This document shows positions 37,232-51,642 of a DNA stretch of 64,000 nt, one piece after another (position 1 is the stretch's first letter; each line of letters opens with the position of its first letter). The DNA lies in assembly GCA_051294905.1 (NCBI GenBank), contig CM119373.1, forward strand, positions 5,210,001 to 5,274,000, written 5' to 3'. Source of the stretch: Botryllus schlosseri. Its lineage: Eukaryota. The notes under the pieces were generated by a model that was not told the DNA's origin, did not search any database, and was given only the letters and a program-made list of their open reading frames with translations. The position numbers and the translations under genes are program-made.

Positions 37232-39175
37232 ATCTAATGTATTGAAGCAAAATGTTTCTCATTTGAGGTGGCATGTGTGCCAAACAAATCCAGCAGTGAA
37301 TGGAAACATCCCTATACTACCGTATGGCCCGAAAATTACATGAACAAGCCAGCAGTTTCAACTCATCTGTGGCGGAGTATGTGGTGTCACAGGTCACTAT
37401 GTGAGTCGACTAATATCCCAAAATAGAACAGAGAATGCGGCGAATGAAATATTTCAATAATGAAATCAAAGTCGGTGGTGTGCAGTGTGCACAGTCGCAT
37501 ATATGCACGGTAACAAATACTATGCAGTACTGTACCTTTTACGATGCGTATCCCATTCAGAATTCATAGGAATCTTTAACGATCCACTTTCTTCAAGCAC
37601 AACAAGCTTCGCTCCACCCGGGTTGGAATCCCGGTACGTTTAGCGAGACACCGATTCCATATTGGCGCTCCAGCCTTTGCTCAAATCTCAATAATGGCCA
37701 GACGACGATACGACACTCGAACGATTTCAAAATGAGTGGTATTCATCCGCTGACATGCTACGAATAATATTTACTGGCCATGTTATAATGTTTGATTTAG
37801 GTCGTATTTTTTCATACAAAAACATTTATCATTACATATAGTCCCTTTCTTTTCCATCTAATCTCGTATAAATTGATATATATTCCACGTGATGTTACTA
37901 CTTACTGTACTTACGTAACCAGACGCTGCTTGTGATGTCACAGTTGTGCGTTGGTTGTTTACTACGAAACTCAGAAAAAGCAGTAACGCGTAACCCTAAC
38001 CTACTGTAACCTATGACAGATCGCCATGTCCGCCATTAACAAATGGTCAACTGAGAACGCGGTGCTGACATTTCTAGTTTCCCGAACAATATTATGCATC
38101 CTAAACTGATATTTTAACTTATCAGTCCTATCTGTGGTAACCAACGAGACCGGCCATTAGCCATAGCCTTATAATATAATATAATGGCTATGGTGCACCA
38201 CATTAGCTACGATTGTCAGTTGTTTCTTTTACCCTAGTATGTACTTTACTGAAATTGGTACTAGGGCCAACAATTAGCGTATGATAGACCCCAGTCTCGC
38301 GAACGTGGTTGAATCAGGTCAAATCACCACAAAAATGATATCAGTAACATTCAGTTCCACGTATGACATTGGCCGCAGCGATTTTCAAGCTAATCAATTT
38401 TACCAATAGCCTGATAAACTCCAGGAACGAGTAACTGCATGTAATTCTGCGAAGAAATTCTGGTAACTTGACTTTACAGCTAAATTAAGGTAATATTACA
38501 TATCAATATGTAAAATTACATGCTACTTACAGTTATTGGCTGCGACTGGTAATTCGTTGCAAAATTTACAGAGATTTCCCGGTAAATCTACCAGATTTTT
38601 TTCAGTGTACCGGCTGATCTATATCACACTATGGGCAGTGATGATCCCGTGTGTAACGTCGCCGTGACAATGAATTGTTACAAGAACTTATTATTATATA
38701 AACTAGTGGTTTATAACCTTTTTAGTGCAGTGCCCCCTTTCGGAAATTGCCTGGGTCTGGCACCCCGCATATTTTAAGGACGGTAGTAAAACAAGGGATA
38801 AGAGTTTGAAGTACAGTCTGTCATTTTGGATTAGGACTTCACTATTGGAAATAGCATGAATCGCGCCCGAGGACCACTCGACTAATTAACGCTATGATAA
38901 TCGTATGTGATATATTGGGATAAAATCAAGGTTGTTATAACACCTGTCGGATACTGGCTCATATCACCTGGTCGATTAACTTTAACATGAATGTATTCCA
39001 AGCGAAGCAATCCACATGTTATATAACGTTCTTGAAAGGTTGCGGGTAACAACTCTAAACAGTATCATCCTTTGTGATACGACGAAGAAATATTTTGAAG
39101 ATTTAATTTCGTGGCTCTCATATACAAATATATTTAGTTAATCATTTTGAGCAAAAAGCTGCAAAGCATCTATAA

Positions 39176-40412
39176 CAGTGGTTCCCAACGTGGGCGATAT
39201 CGCCCCCCAGGGGGCGATTTGGCAGTCTAGGGGGGCGAAAATAACGAAGGGGGCGATAAGGGGGCGAAAACGGACGAGGGGGGCGATAGGGGGCGAAAGC
39301 AACGAAGGGGGCGATAGGGGCGATGGCGCGTTAAAACGGCTATATTGGAGTCGGGAGCGTAACTACCGCATCCCAAACTCCTCAATTTAGTGTGGGGGCC
39401 CGAACTCGAGGGGGGCCAGAATTATTTCGTGAATTAACAATAATTCTACAGTAATCTTTTATAAATTCATGCAACTTTTTCAGAAATTTTTCGCGCTGCG
39501 CGCGATTTAATAATATCATATATCTTGATTTTGGGGTACCCATCACCTAACAAAAATACGCATGATTTATGGAAATGGGAGACTTCGGCGTCGATCATTA
39601 CTGCGCCACGACGTACCAATACATATGAAGTTAGAGGCCATATAACATGCGACTCCGAGAAGTGTGCCAGAACGATCAGCAGCGAGAAGGCCTTGGCCGA
39701 AAAGGAATGCCCTTGTGCTGACAGGAAACTTCGATATACATATATGTTTAATTGTCCATAGGCGCCTCAATGGCTGGCGTCGAATGTTCCTGTCCTGGCG
39801 ACCTTAACCCTACAGGACAAATGCCATCCCGCAAGGAAAAAATTATTTGCCAGTACGGAAATACCAATTTGAAATCATGTGCGTCTTTTAGTATGGTACG
39901 TTTTAACGATTTCCATATCTTCTGACATAGCAGATATAGGAGGTCACGAAATAGCATCATGTAACGAAGTCAATATAACAACGATTCCGACCGAAGATGT
40001 TTAATTATTATTTAGAGGTCCTACCTTTTCCAATACACCACACTCAGTTCTACCGGTAAATCTGATTACGCGAGCAGAAAAAGGATAAAAAATTGATAGC
40101 GATATATATGCAATTCCCGACCATATTGACCGATTCAAACAGGAGTTATATAAATTTATCGCGCTTCGCGCGTTTAGGCGACATACGGTGACTCACCAAA
40201 CAGTACATGAAATCGGGTATAGCTGATATGTAGCGACAAAAGGCCCACTGGCTGAGGGGGGTCTGCGGTTTGGTTTATCAACTTATGGGACCAAAGACCA
40301 ATGTTTTTGGGGCTGACGAAGTGCTGTTTTTAGTTTCCCAATATTTGGGGGGCGATGATCGGTGTGGAGCTTCAAAAGGGGGCGATGAGCCGAAAAAGGT
40401 TGGGAACCACTG
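39176..40412. mobile_element. hAT-type MITE with GGGGGCGA arrays carrying the body of the 6120-8509 family
   Basis: TIR CAGTGGTTCCCAAC/GTTGGGAACCACTG; TSD ATCTATAA on both sides. Confidence 0.9.
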
Positions 40413-42242
40413 ATCTATAATGTACAAAGGGCTCTCACTCTTAAAATTGGTACAGTGCCTTCTTCAATTTCGACACGCTGTTTGCTGTGGGATAAAACAC
40501 CGAGTTCGAAACATTTTGTGGAAAATAACCCGAGGTTATAGCGTGATGGGAGTATGTTAACGTGTAATTTACGATCTAAAAGAACGCGCAAATAATTCCA
40601 CAAGAATTATCACTGCATACATGGAAACATGTTGCTAACATTGTCTGCAAATATTTCGCGAAAACATCCGAGATGTTACACTTATGTCGAATGTTGATTT
40701 GCAATGAGAACTCAGGGATATATTGAACCGTTGTTCTACTATATTATTATCTGTCTCTACTGCACCCTCTGCTTAGACGCCCCATATACCGCCCACTGAG
40801 CCCGGCACCCCATATTGCCTGCTGAGTGTTTCCGCACCTTCAAAATCTAAATCTTCCCTTGAGGGGAAGACGACGGCGCTGACGACAAGATTTAGAAACA
40901 CTGATATGAACAAAGCTATTATTGCCAGTCACAGCGCTCCCATATGACTTATATCTTGGGCAAAGAAAAATCTAGTACCTAAATCATTTCATTATGAATA
41001 GGATATTTTAAACTTCGGGCCGAGCGATAATTCAAGTATCACTCATTTGCGCTTCATGACAGTATAAAAAACGTGGAAAGGTAAAATACTCAAATGCACC
41101 TTTTATTCTATCACAAACAGTAAAATGCCACCTCACATTAAATATAATTTGGTATATTTTCAACCATGCCTATTTCATTACACTTTGCGGCAATGATTTG
41201 GGTCGTTCACGAATTCACAGATATGTCATTACCAGTAACGTTTATAGCTTTTTTACTACGTATTTCGTATGCTACGACACGACCAATCGGAGTTTCGATG
41301 CTCTTAGAGTGGAACAAATTATATTGGGTTACCTTCCATATCTGGGAATACGGAAAGTAGGACACCTTTTACAAATCATAAAAGTTAAATACCGAAATTG
41401 AAAACAGCTGATTTTAGAATTTTTACTGGAGATTTTGTTGTGTGGACTATAAAAAGGTCATCATTTCAACTCGACTCCCGAGTTACACAATTTTTACCGA
41501 TACTACCATGGTATTGACTAACAAAATTGGAAATAAAATCATTTTTCAGTCCTACTCCCGAATGAACTGCACGAACGTCCGCTCTACATATTACGCGTCA
41601 TTTATGGTGTTTTTAGTTCTGCCTGTCCATTAGCATGGCTGTCAAAACTGCAAAACAGGACGAATTTCCAACAAGTAGGACATTTAGGCGTCCTCGGAGG
41701 ATAATTTCATTATCCTGAAAAGGGAGGACAAGCCTCCCGAAGAAGGACATCTAGGGTTGTGGTTGAAACAAAAATCAATTTAAAACAAACATGTTTAAAA
41801 CAAGGCCCTTGTTTAGAACATGTTTTTAATATTTTTTTCCAAGGCATGACGTCACACATATTCAATGGGACTTCATAGTGGATTGATATTCAAAATTGAA
41901 AATATAGGGTAAATATAGCTCCTTCGACGGAATAGGCTTTCAACCCCGGTCATAATACGGACGAAAAGGACTACATCGTAGCATTCTTACGGTCGGCGGT
42001 CATCATCATCATCAGCAGAACATTCATTCCGTATCAATGTTCTATATTTACTTACTAGAGCTGTTTAACCGACTATTTAGAGGGTTCCAACCATCCCATA
42101 TCGTATACGTCGGCTATATCAGTGGGTAAGCGTCATCCAAAGGCTCATATACTACATGTTTTTGGGAAGTATTTACACAATCATGGCATAAGTTTACAAC
42201 TTGAAAAAAAAAAAACGCTTTTGTTTAATACAACGTTTAAAA

Positions 42243-43246
42243 CAGGGGTCACCAACACGCGGCCCGCATGCGGCCCGTCAGGTCATATTTTGCGGCCCGC
42301 GACATGGTTTGAGATTTCGGAAGAATGCTAAAAAAAGATTTTGAAATGCTGAAATTGGCGTGCAGTGGCCCAAACACTGCCAATACCGAGACGCTTAGAA
42401 AACGGCTTAAGGCAGTGGCTCTAAAACTGAGGGTGCGTCCGCCTATGGGGGCGTGAAAGCAGCTGAAGGGGAGCGGAGCTGCGATTTGCTTCGATTTCAT
42501 AGTTATAGTTACTCCAATGTTCCCTCTAATTTTTGACGAGTCTGTGCACACTCGCTAACTCACTGCGCGGACCATAGGAAAACAGTGCGTAACGACTAAA
42601 AAAAGGTCATCACTTCGGATTTTTTGTGCGCAACTTAGATTTTCTGTGCGCAGAGACCGTGAAAGCACTGCGCATTTGCGCACGTGGGCAGCTTAGAGGG
42701 AACATTGGTTACTACTCTGTGTATAATCCGGAATTCATATCATAGAATTCTCTCATCAACATTCATAACCTTCCATGCCATCAAACTACCTTTTCAAATA
42801 GCAAGCAGTGTGGATGCATTTTGTGATATGACGATAAGGAGGCTCGAGATTTTTCAGTATCATAAATGGGGGCATGTCTAAAAAGGTTTGATAACCACTG
42901 GCTTAAGGCTTATACCCACAAGATTAAGCATTAAGTGGGGATGGTCTTTCAACTAGTTAAGTATATCGCTAGCCCCAAAAAGCGTTTCCAGGTATCGTGC
43001 ACAGCTCGGAGTTCAAAATCAAATCAAATTGATGACAGTGATCCTTAGTTGTATTTTTATTCCTGTAATAAAATATTACTTTTTGGTCACTATACCCATC
43101 GCCTATGTTAGGTAGCACGGCGTTGTACTGACGTAGAGTTTTAAAATGTGGTTGCCCACTTTATATCGATATTGAATTAATGCGGCCCGCGGCCGCTACG
43201 AAATTTGAAAAGTGGCCCGCGACCCGTTTTGAGTTGACGACCCCTG
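42243..43246. mobile_element. hAT-Charlie-like MITE with two further nested MITEs (42413-42900; 42515-42707)
   Basis: Outer TIR CAGGGGTC/GACCCCTG with TSD GTTTAAAA; middle TSD GCTTAAGG; inner TIR CAATGTTCCCTCTAA/TTAGAGGGAACATTG. Confidence 0.9.
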
Positions 43247-44300
43247 GTTTAAAACATGTGACAATATGACCTGTTATAGAACAGCGATACATTGATATTA
43301 GATTTCTTTACTACTAGTTTTCGTCAACGTAGCTTAAGCTGTAACCTTCGATCACTGCGTTTGCGACCAACTTATTTGTGATATAGCAATGGAGTTTCGG
43401 TAAAACGTACAATCATGTGATTGGATGCTCTTACAGGTTACGCCAGCGTAATGCTAGCAATCCGAAGTTATTCCAGGAACATCGATTAAGTCGACACCAA
43501 TTAATTGATGACTTAATGTGGGCCGTGATACAATTCGGCAGCTATGGAATAAAAACGAAAAATTTTACCTAGTGTAAATGACCATAGTAGTCGACAACTA
43601 CCATGAATACCACAAACAAACTTGATGACTTGAAATTGACTCGTAAATCTTGCTTCGAGTCACGAGTCAATCAACATTTCAGAAGCGTCGAGTCAAGTCA
43701 AGTGAAGTCAAAAAGTTGACTCGAGTCATCCCAACCTTGATGCAGCATATATATTGCCTATCGACTACGCAGTATCGTCCTTATCTGACGAATGCGGTGT
43801 TAAAAAAAAACAGTCGAACATTATCTCTCGTAGCGCAGAAAATTCGACCTCTATCGCAATCGCTCAATGCATTTTCCGTGCATAGCTAGTCTCCTCAACA
43901 ATAGTTCAATGTATGGTCCCATACCGAGATATCGATCATGCCATAGGACTTCCATATAATTTTATACGAAGTATCAAAAGAATATCATAGATAGTAGTGA
44001 AAAAATTCAACATCAGAAGTAAGCATAACTATACACAAAATAGTATTACCAATGCAGGTAAATGATCCCAATAAACCACGCATAGCCCTAACTAAAGTGC
44101 TACAGTTCACCCTAAAACAAAAACGACTTTCTCTGATAGGTTAATGCCGTCACCGCCACTTCTACGGATATTTTGCATATTTATCAAAACCTTGATATAT
44201 GTTTAGAACCGACCATATGGTGGTCATAAGATTTTCTTCTTGACGGAATAAACGAGGCCGGTAGTTGTACGAGATATGTATTTATTGTGATGGATTTCAG

Positions 44301-44432
44301 GCGTGGAAGGCATTGATGAGATCAATGCACAAATAAAAGAACGGAATATCGTCTCTTTTCAAACTAATATTGAGCCTGGAATTGAGGTTGCAACTACCGC
44401 AACAAGTGACCATCACGTAATGACGGAGTCAG
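44301..44432 (+). CDS. Lectin gene 2 exon 2 (acidic/Thr-rich linker, phase 1-1)
   Basis: atttcAG acceptor; open frame GVEGIDEINAQIKERNIVSFQTNIEPGIEVATTATSDHHVMTES; donor G|GTACCA. An alternative in-phase donor at 44454 is possible. Confidence 0.65.
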
Positions 44433-45085
44433 GTACCAATCCAAATGAAGCAGGTGACGAATATTCAATTGTGACGTCATTTCGGATTGACATTGACAGT
44501 TGAAAATATATGGTAAATATAGCTCCTTTGGCGAAATATCTGTACTATTGCTGTTGAATTTACTATTTGGATGGTTCCAACCATCCCATGTCGATATACG
44601 TCGGCTATATCGAGTGCTGGCTGTCCGTAGACTCATACAACATGTTTTTTGGAAAGTATTTACACATTTATAGCATAATTTTATAACTGAAGAAAAACAC
44701 AATTTTTTTTAAGAAGGTCTTTGTTTAAAACACTGTTTAAAACATGTTTTAAACAAAGTGTTCTAAAACACCGTTTGTTTTTATTGCAACCCTATTTATA
44801 AACACGTTATTTTTAATTTGCAACATTTGTAGAATCTTCTTTGTTTCGTCCGGCATCCGAAATATTGCCAGTTTTTTAGGGATGTCGCTGGTGATCGTAT
44901 GCTGGTGCGAATACCACGAATATCTCATTGCTCAATGACAATCAGTCAACATGACTTGACGCAATAGTGATGACGTAATCCGCCCCTTGCCCACCTGTTT
45001 CTAACATTTTGCACATCGTAACTTATCGTTATGTTCAGCATTCGTAATGGAGATATTGCATATTTAAAGTGTGAATTCTTTGCAG

Positions 45086-45194
45086 CGGAAACGAAATTCG
45101 TCTGCGAAGGGAGGACGATGAGTCTAAATTGCCTGACTCCGAAGAAGATCAAAATCGAAAGTGCCACTTACGGTAGAAGTACGGGCGACCTACG
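45086..45194 (+). CDS. Lectin gene 2 exon 3, N-terminal half of SUEL domain
   Basis: ttctttgcAG; ETKFVCEGRTMSLNCLTPKKIKIESATYGRSTGDL; phase-2 donor CG|GTATGC; 109 nt. Confidence 0.92.
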
Positions 45195-45559
45195 GTATGC
45201 ATGGACGTTTGCGCGTTATTCAAGTTACGAAAATAGTTCTCACTAACACATCTCATTGAGTTGTTATCAACCGATTTTCCCTGTTGACACTTCTCGGGTT
45301 GAGTCTTATCATCACATCGTCATATAACATCACGGACATATAGTTGCTTGTAGTTAGATTTGTGCGGTAGCAAAAGCTCCAATACACCCATATTGATGGA
45401 ACACAATCACTATAGTTTCGTAAATCTCTAATTAGCCCATTATTCATATATTGCGATGCGTGACAATAGTTTCATCCCGTAATTATATATAAATCACGAT
45501 ACAGTGATGTAGAATCCACACCAAGAGTCATTGAATTAGAGAAATTCCTGATTACCAAC

Positions 45560-47013
45560 CAGAGTTGGATCAATTGTAATTTGTAATTGAGCTGAATGTA
45601 ATTAATTACATTTTTCAATGTAATTGTAATGTAATTGTAATTGAAGCATTTTTATTTTGTGTAATTGTAATTGTAATTGTAATTTGACAAAAATTTTGCC
45701 AAATTACAATTTCAATTACATTAAATTGCTATTGAGACCTGACAAGCACAACATAAAATAATTGACTTATAATTCATTCTCTTTAAATGTCGACAAGGAA
45801 TTTGGTGGATCCATTCGCGGAAGCCCTTGACTGCGCCCATGCGGGCGAAGTCTTTTATTTTTACCGCTATGCTGGCCTCGGCTGCCATTGTATACAATTA
45901 TTAGATTACTAACCAACGGATGGATTCGCAACACGTGACTCACGATTGAATACGCCGAGAAGCGAACTGCTGAGCCGGCTAAAAGCAGCAGAATTGATAA
46001 TCCCATAGCTGGCGATCCAAGCGTCGAAATTTGATATGTATGGTCCTAATCGAAAGCTAGTGTCGCACTGATTCCGCAATAAAAGTATATTTCCAGGCAA
46101 TGGCACCATCCCAAATAGTCGTGAAAGTCTGGGAATCGGCATTGTTCTGAACAATCGCTAGGCGTAATTAGTCATTGTTGTGGTCATGCTGCTGCGGCGC
46201 TCTCACTTTTCAGAACAGTCGGCCTTAAAGGGCTATTTTGGAGCAGTTACATTGCTCTGACGACATTTTAATTTGTATTTTCGGAATTAGTGCATCAATA
46301 ACTTACGATAAAGACCAGATGCATCAAATTTGGACGCTTGGATCGCCAGCTCTAGGACTACAAAGTTTGCTGCTTTTAGCCGGCTCTGCAGTACGTTTGT
46401 CAGTGCATTCATCCGGGACTCACATCTTGTGAATCCATCCGTGGGTTGGCAATCTACAATACGATTTCAGATCACGATGCTGCATCGTTACTTCGTCTGG
46501 CTAACTAACCATATCACTGGATATTATATAACGTCTTATCTGGCAAAGCACGGTTTTTTTTTACTCCTCATCCTAATTCCTACGTCCCTCGATAAAAATA
46601 ATATTATTTCATTAATTATATACTGTATACGCAAATCCAACACGTGAATATATTATAATACTTTTTTCAACGACATACTGCATACTGGAATAGTTCGAAA
46701 ACGTTTTTTCTTTTTATTAATAAACGGGTATTTGCGTATCATGCATGAAACATGAATACTTGAATTGTTGTTTATTACGACGCTACGGTTGTCAAGGAGC
46801 ACGGTTGAATTTATGATTATTCAATTACATGTTCAACAGCAGCAATTGTAATTGTAATTGTAATGTAATTGAAGCATGCAACGAGTAATTGTAATTGTAA
46901 TTGTAATTTGATATTTTCAGCATGGAGTAATTGTAAATGTAATGTAATTGAGACATGCATGAAAGTAATTGTAATTGTAATTGAACTGAAATAATGTAAT
47001 TGATCCAACTCTG
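45560..47013. mobile_element. hAT-type non-autonomous element with (GTAATT)n arrays, in gene 2 intron 3
   Basis: TIR CAGAGTTGGATCAATT/AATTGATCCAACTCTG; TSD TTACCAAC on both sides; inner IR at about 45903-46035 and 46322-46455. Confidence 0.9.
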
Positions 47014-47169
47014 TTACCAACAGAGGTTTTCAATAGAGGATTTGTGTGGCAAGATATATTTACATTTGTTTGTGTATTCAAGTAGGCACTTTACCGTACT
47101 TCATTGCGATACCTTCGTATCTGTCGATGAAGCGCAAATGTCACTAGAAAATCACATCCCCATTAACAG

Positions 47170-47344
47170 GTGCCCCCACGATAGGATCACGACAGACGGA
47201 TGCCATTCCCAGAAGAGTACAGAGATTGTATCTGAGGAATGCGACGGAAAGTTGCAATGCGACGTTCACGCTAAGAACAGTGTCTTTGGAGATCCGTGCG
47301 CCAATGTACATAAGTATTTGGAGGTTCACTATTATTGTATGTAA
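47170..47344 (+). CDS. Lectin gene 2 terminal exon, C-terminal half of SUEL domain
   Basis: taacAG acceptor; CPHDRITTDGCHSQKSTEIVSEECDGKLQCDVHAKNSVFGDPCANVHKYLEVHYYCM*. Confidence 0.92.
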
Positions 47345-50300
47345 AAAGTTACAAGACATGCATATGAATTGCTAAATTGGGAAATTGGCGACTTCGTTAT
47401 AGTCAGGTGAACTTGAAAAGTATGAATATAATATTTATTCGATATTGCATTGGATATGTGGGCGGCATAATATGTAGATGCCACTGTATTCGCAGAGATA
47501 AGTATAGCAGACTATGTTCGGATCAGAGCTTGTTTCAGGGGAAAAGCGTCAACGTGGAGGCTTACCATCGAAGTTATGCAACGCGTGTCCAAATGTTGTG
47601 ACAAGATTTGTTATTAGTAAGGCTCTATAAACTACTATGTTCACTGTTCAGCGTGTGACTTTCTTGCTTGGCGAAATGAATGAAGCGCAGTGACACATTT
47701 TTTGCAACGTGCGAATTGCACGCCAATGTGGTAACATTATAGTTGATTATGGACACATATAGTAGTTGAAGGACAAAGGTAAGTTTCTACGCCAGCAATA
47801 ATGATTCCAGGGTACAGAAATTTCTCATGGAACAGCAATTACGATTAATGTCCGGTACTACTAATCTTTTACCGCAGATTTTGGGAGTATGCAATAAAGA
47901 AGCGACTGTCGTTGTTGTTGTCGTTGTAACATAGTGTGCGACTATTACGGCTATAGCTATGGTGTACCATGACCCTGTAAACCAGACTGAATTAGTTTAA
48001 AGATGTGTTGTTGTGTACAAATCTTTCCAGGTAAGTATACCAGATTTTCCAACTGCCAGATCTCGGAGATATAATTCTGTACTTGTCAGCTTGGAAAGCC
48101 TGCATTAGTTCTATGTCCTCGTCATTGTATCACGTCTTACCGACAGGATGCCGTCAAGTACTTCAAATTTCCTCACCGTCTCATCTGAATGACAAGTGTA
48201 TACTGAGCCAGTGAGTCTCGGTTGAGAAATCTAATTATAAACAGACATATTACTTGCGTCACACATAAGTGGCATGCAATGCATACATATAATCTCCGAG
48301 ACGCGACTTGCCAATACCAACTACAGTAATTTTTTTTTCAATTTCGCAAGTTTTCGTGGCTTTATTTTCGGATTGTTCATGACATAACGGGAACGCGTAC
48401 GCGCAGATATGTGTCATTACTACGGATATTTTTTTACCAAAAAAACGAAAGATTTTGACCTAAAAAATCAAAATTTTGAATTTTTTCATCTTAAAAAACT
48501 GAATTTTTACCAAATTTCGACCTCACGTATGTAAATTAGGTGTTTTTCCACAAAGTCTAAGAAATGTACTACTTATCCTCATTTCTGGTTGGAACTGTCT
48601 GTCATTACGAAGTAGTTAGGCCTAACACTGATTGAATTTTTTCATGAAAAAGCTTATGTTAACTAAATATTGACCTAAGAAGAATTCCAATACTTACATA
48701 ACGCATTATGGGAGAACTAATCAAAATTTGCTGTAGTACAACGAAAGATACTTTCATACATTCTCGGGTAGAAAGTGTATGTCCTTATTAAGTAGCTTGC
48801 CAAGAATGGAGCAGCAGGAGTTGTTGACAGACAACACTGAAGTTTTGCGTGCGTACACTTCTGGAGACACAGCGTGTTGCTTCATCCTAACTATGGTGTT
48901 TGCATCATATTTTTTCATCACGCGCTTCTTTGTATCAGAACTAGGGATGATGTGAACCTCTGAAAGGTTCAGGTTTGTGTGAACGCAACGCTTTTTGAAA
49001 GGTTCTGTGTGAACGCGAACCTCATAAAGTCATATTGCTATTTTCAACCCTACATATCAGTGAAGTGATATATTATTGTACATGTACAATTGTAGGCCTA
49101 CATGATACATAGCGACGACTCGGGCCACATAACGCCACACAGTGCTGAAGTACTGACTTTTTAAACGTCGCCAAATGTATCAACTCGAACAATCAAATGA
49201 TACAATAATCCCAATGAATCAATATCTTCCGTCGCTTTGCCAATAATTTCGACGAGTAGGCCTACTTGCAAGGGAATATAAGCTTACGCCTTGCCGGTAG
49301 AGGCCAGACCGGACAAAGTATTCAGCGTCTGGGTGTTGCTACATTGATGTTGAGCAGAGCGTAAAACGATTTCACCCCATTAACAAGTTATACAGCAGTA
49401 GCCAACACCCCAATCGCACGGATTTGGTGTTCATGATACAATAAACACATGAAATCGAGACGTTATCCCGTACGCTTTATAGATTGTTTACATCAGACTG
49501 CGATTTCAATTTCATTGATAGGTTGACTAAGTATCATTCACTGACTACCTACATGTAGCGTATTTCGCTCTTAATGTTGTGTGATTGTGGGTCAAGCTCA
49601 CAGCAGACTGGAACACTAAATATTCACAACTAGCAGTTGTTGGCTGGCAACACTGAAGTACACTGCATGTCACACACCGTGTTGCTTCATTCTGACAAGG
49701 TTGTCTACGAACTGCATCACAATTTTTCATTATGCGCTTCTGGATATAAGAACCAATGCGGACGGAATCTTGCTTCAGGTAGCATATTGCAGTACGTTGC
49801 ACATAACACCGTGCCAACATATTTGTTTCATTTGGCCGTTTAGGATTCACCATGAACAGACAATGGGCCGCTTACAATGGTAGGCCGATAAATTTGTCTA
49901 CAAACTGTAGAATATCAATGATAACTTAAAGCATAGTGCAAACATCTACGATACAAACGAAATGCCGGTTGCAACAAATTTTTGACTTTGTAAAAATTTT
50001 GACATTTTTTGAGCTAACGCTACAATTTTGACAAATTTTTACTTTTTTTACATCACAAAAAATCGCCCTAGTGAATGGTACAATAATAGTATAGATTAGC
50101 CTCACTTTGAACAAGAAGTTTGCCGTTACCTAATCTCAGTAAGCCTCTACTGACATGCGTATGATGAGTCATTAAACGTCTGTGCGCTTCAGGATTTCGG
50201 GGATTTCCTAAATTCATTTTAACTCAGCTTTATTCCATTGTGTCGATGTGTTTAAATAGCCATACGTGATTGCTGCTATACAAAATTCAATTGAGTAAAA

Positions 50301-50806
50301 TTTATCAAAATTGATCTGCAGTTTGTAGCTACAACACGGTACTCATGAATCAAAGCACACCAATATCCTAACTACTTCTATATCAGTAATTTTCATACCT
50401 AACACAGATGTTGACTGTCATCAGGATATAGTATGGCGTCGTATCCATTACGTTGCGTCGACTTGAAATTGACTGTGTTATTTTTGACGGTTACAAGTTC
50501 AACCGGTAAGTACAGTGAAAGGACCGTGTTTTTTCAGATGATTATTGTGTATATCAGTTTATTATTCATATAGGCCGAAACACGCTACCTGTCTTCATAA
50601 TCATATTGTTATGGTGGGTATTGGTATGGTATACCATTGATATGGTACGGTAATTCCGCAGCACGTGAAGAAATTGTCAGATTTTCATTTGGTGTGTTAG
50701 TTAGTAATGGCAGCCTATAATTTCATCAGCCTGCTCAATCGTCAGTATTATTAGATTCTGTGTTCAAGTTCGGAAAAGCGATGATATATATGCGAAGGGT
50801 GATAAT

Positions 50807-51642
50807 TAGGGCAAGTTTTTACAACTTTTGCAACTTTTTTCACAGCTTCCGACAGCGTCCTAGATACTCAAAATCCATATACTATGATGTTTTAAGCTGT
50901 TGGGAGGGATTTTATAGTGCAAATTTTCCAACTTTTCTTATTTTTTTCATACCAATTTATACTGCAACTTTTGTTATTGCGTCAAAATGTGAAGTAGTGA
51001 TTTAAAACATGCTATATAATATTTCTAGTATGGTTTTATTCTCATTGATTTGCATAACCAAGAGCTACATGATGGATTAGCTGCATATCACTGTGATATC
51101 TATCACATAATGGCTTGCAAGCAAAAAGTTCAACTACCCCTGAGAATCACGACCGTGCCCGAACAATATGTAACTAAATCGCTTTAATAATTCTTCGTTT
51201 AAATTTGAGATAGTTTACCATTTCGCGAATACCCTGACGAGACCCCGAAAATTATATTTTCACTGCATCAACTTATCCAGGCTATTGAGTTTGTTAAAGT
51301 CACCAAGAGTGACGTTTTCTGCAGTGCCTTGGGTCAAGTTTGCAAACCTAGGGGTTTTATGGTGTGTAATTCGCCTTTTTTCATGGGAGGGGGTTATCGG
51401 TACGCTGTTTCTTTTTTTTTGGTGGGGGGGGGATTCGTCCCGCATTGTGAAATGTTCTCCATGTGTAACGGGAAAAATATATTTGATAAATGGCAAAGTA
51501 ACAGATTTGACAGCTCTGCAGTAATTAGGTTATACAACGGAACATTTTTAGTGTCTAATGCAATACTAATTCAACGACAATACAAAAATACAAGTTTTTA
51601 TTGCAACTTTTGTAAAAATTAAGTGCAACAAAACTTGCCCTA
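50807..51642. mobile_element. hAT-type MITE with CAACTTTT motifs
   Basis: TIR TAGGGCAAGTTTT/AAAACTTGCCCTA; TSD GTGATAAT/ATTATAAT. Confidence 0.8.

Noticed and set aside
30105..39390. Gly-rich ORFs 30105-30356 and 39178-39390
   Set aside because: They are translations of GGGGGCG subterminal arrays of MITEs.
47650..48036. Exon-like segments with strong GTAAGT donors (about 47779 and 48031)
   Set aside because: Stops in all three frames and no recognisable lectin motif; could be UTR or non-coding exons but this is unsupported.
51225..51262. Hammerhead-like CTGACGA...GAAA
   Set aside because: Stem II is only 1 bp and stem I does not close next to the core.
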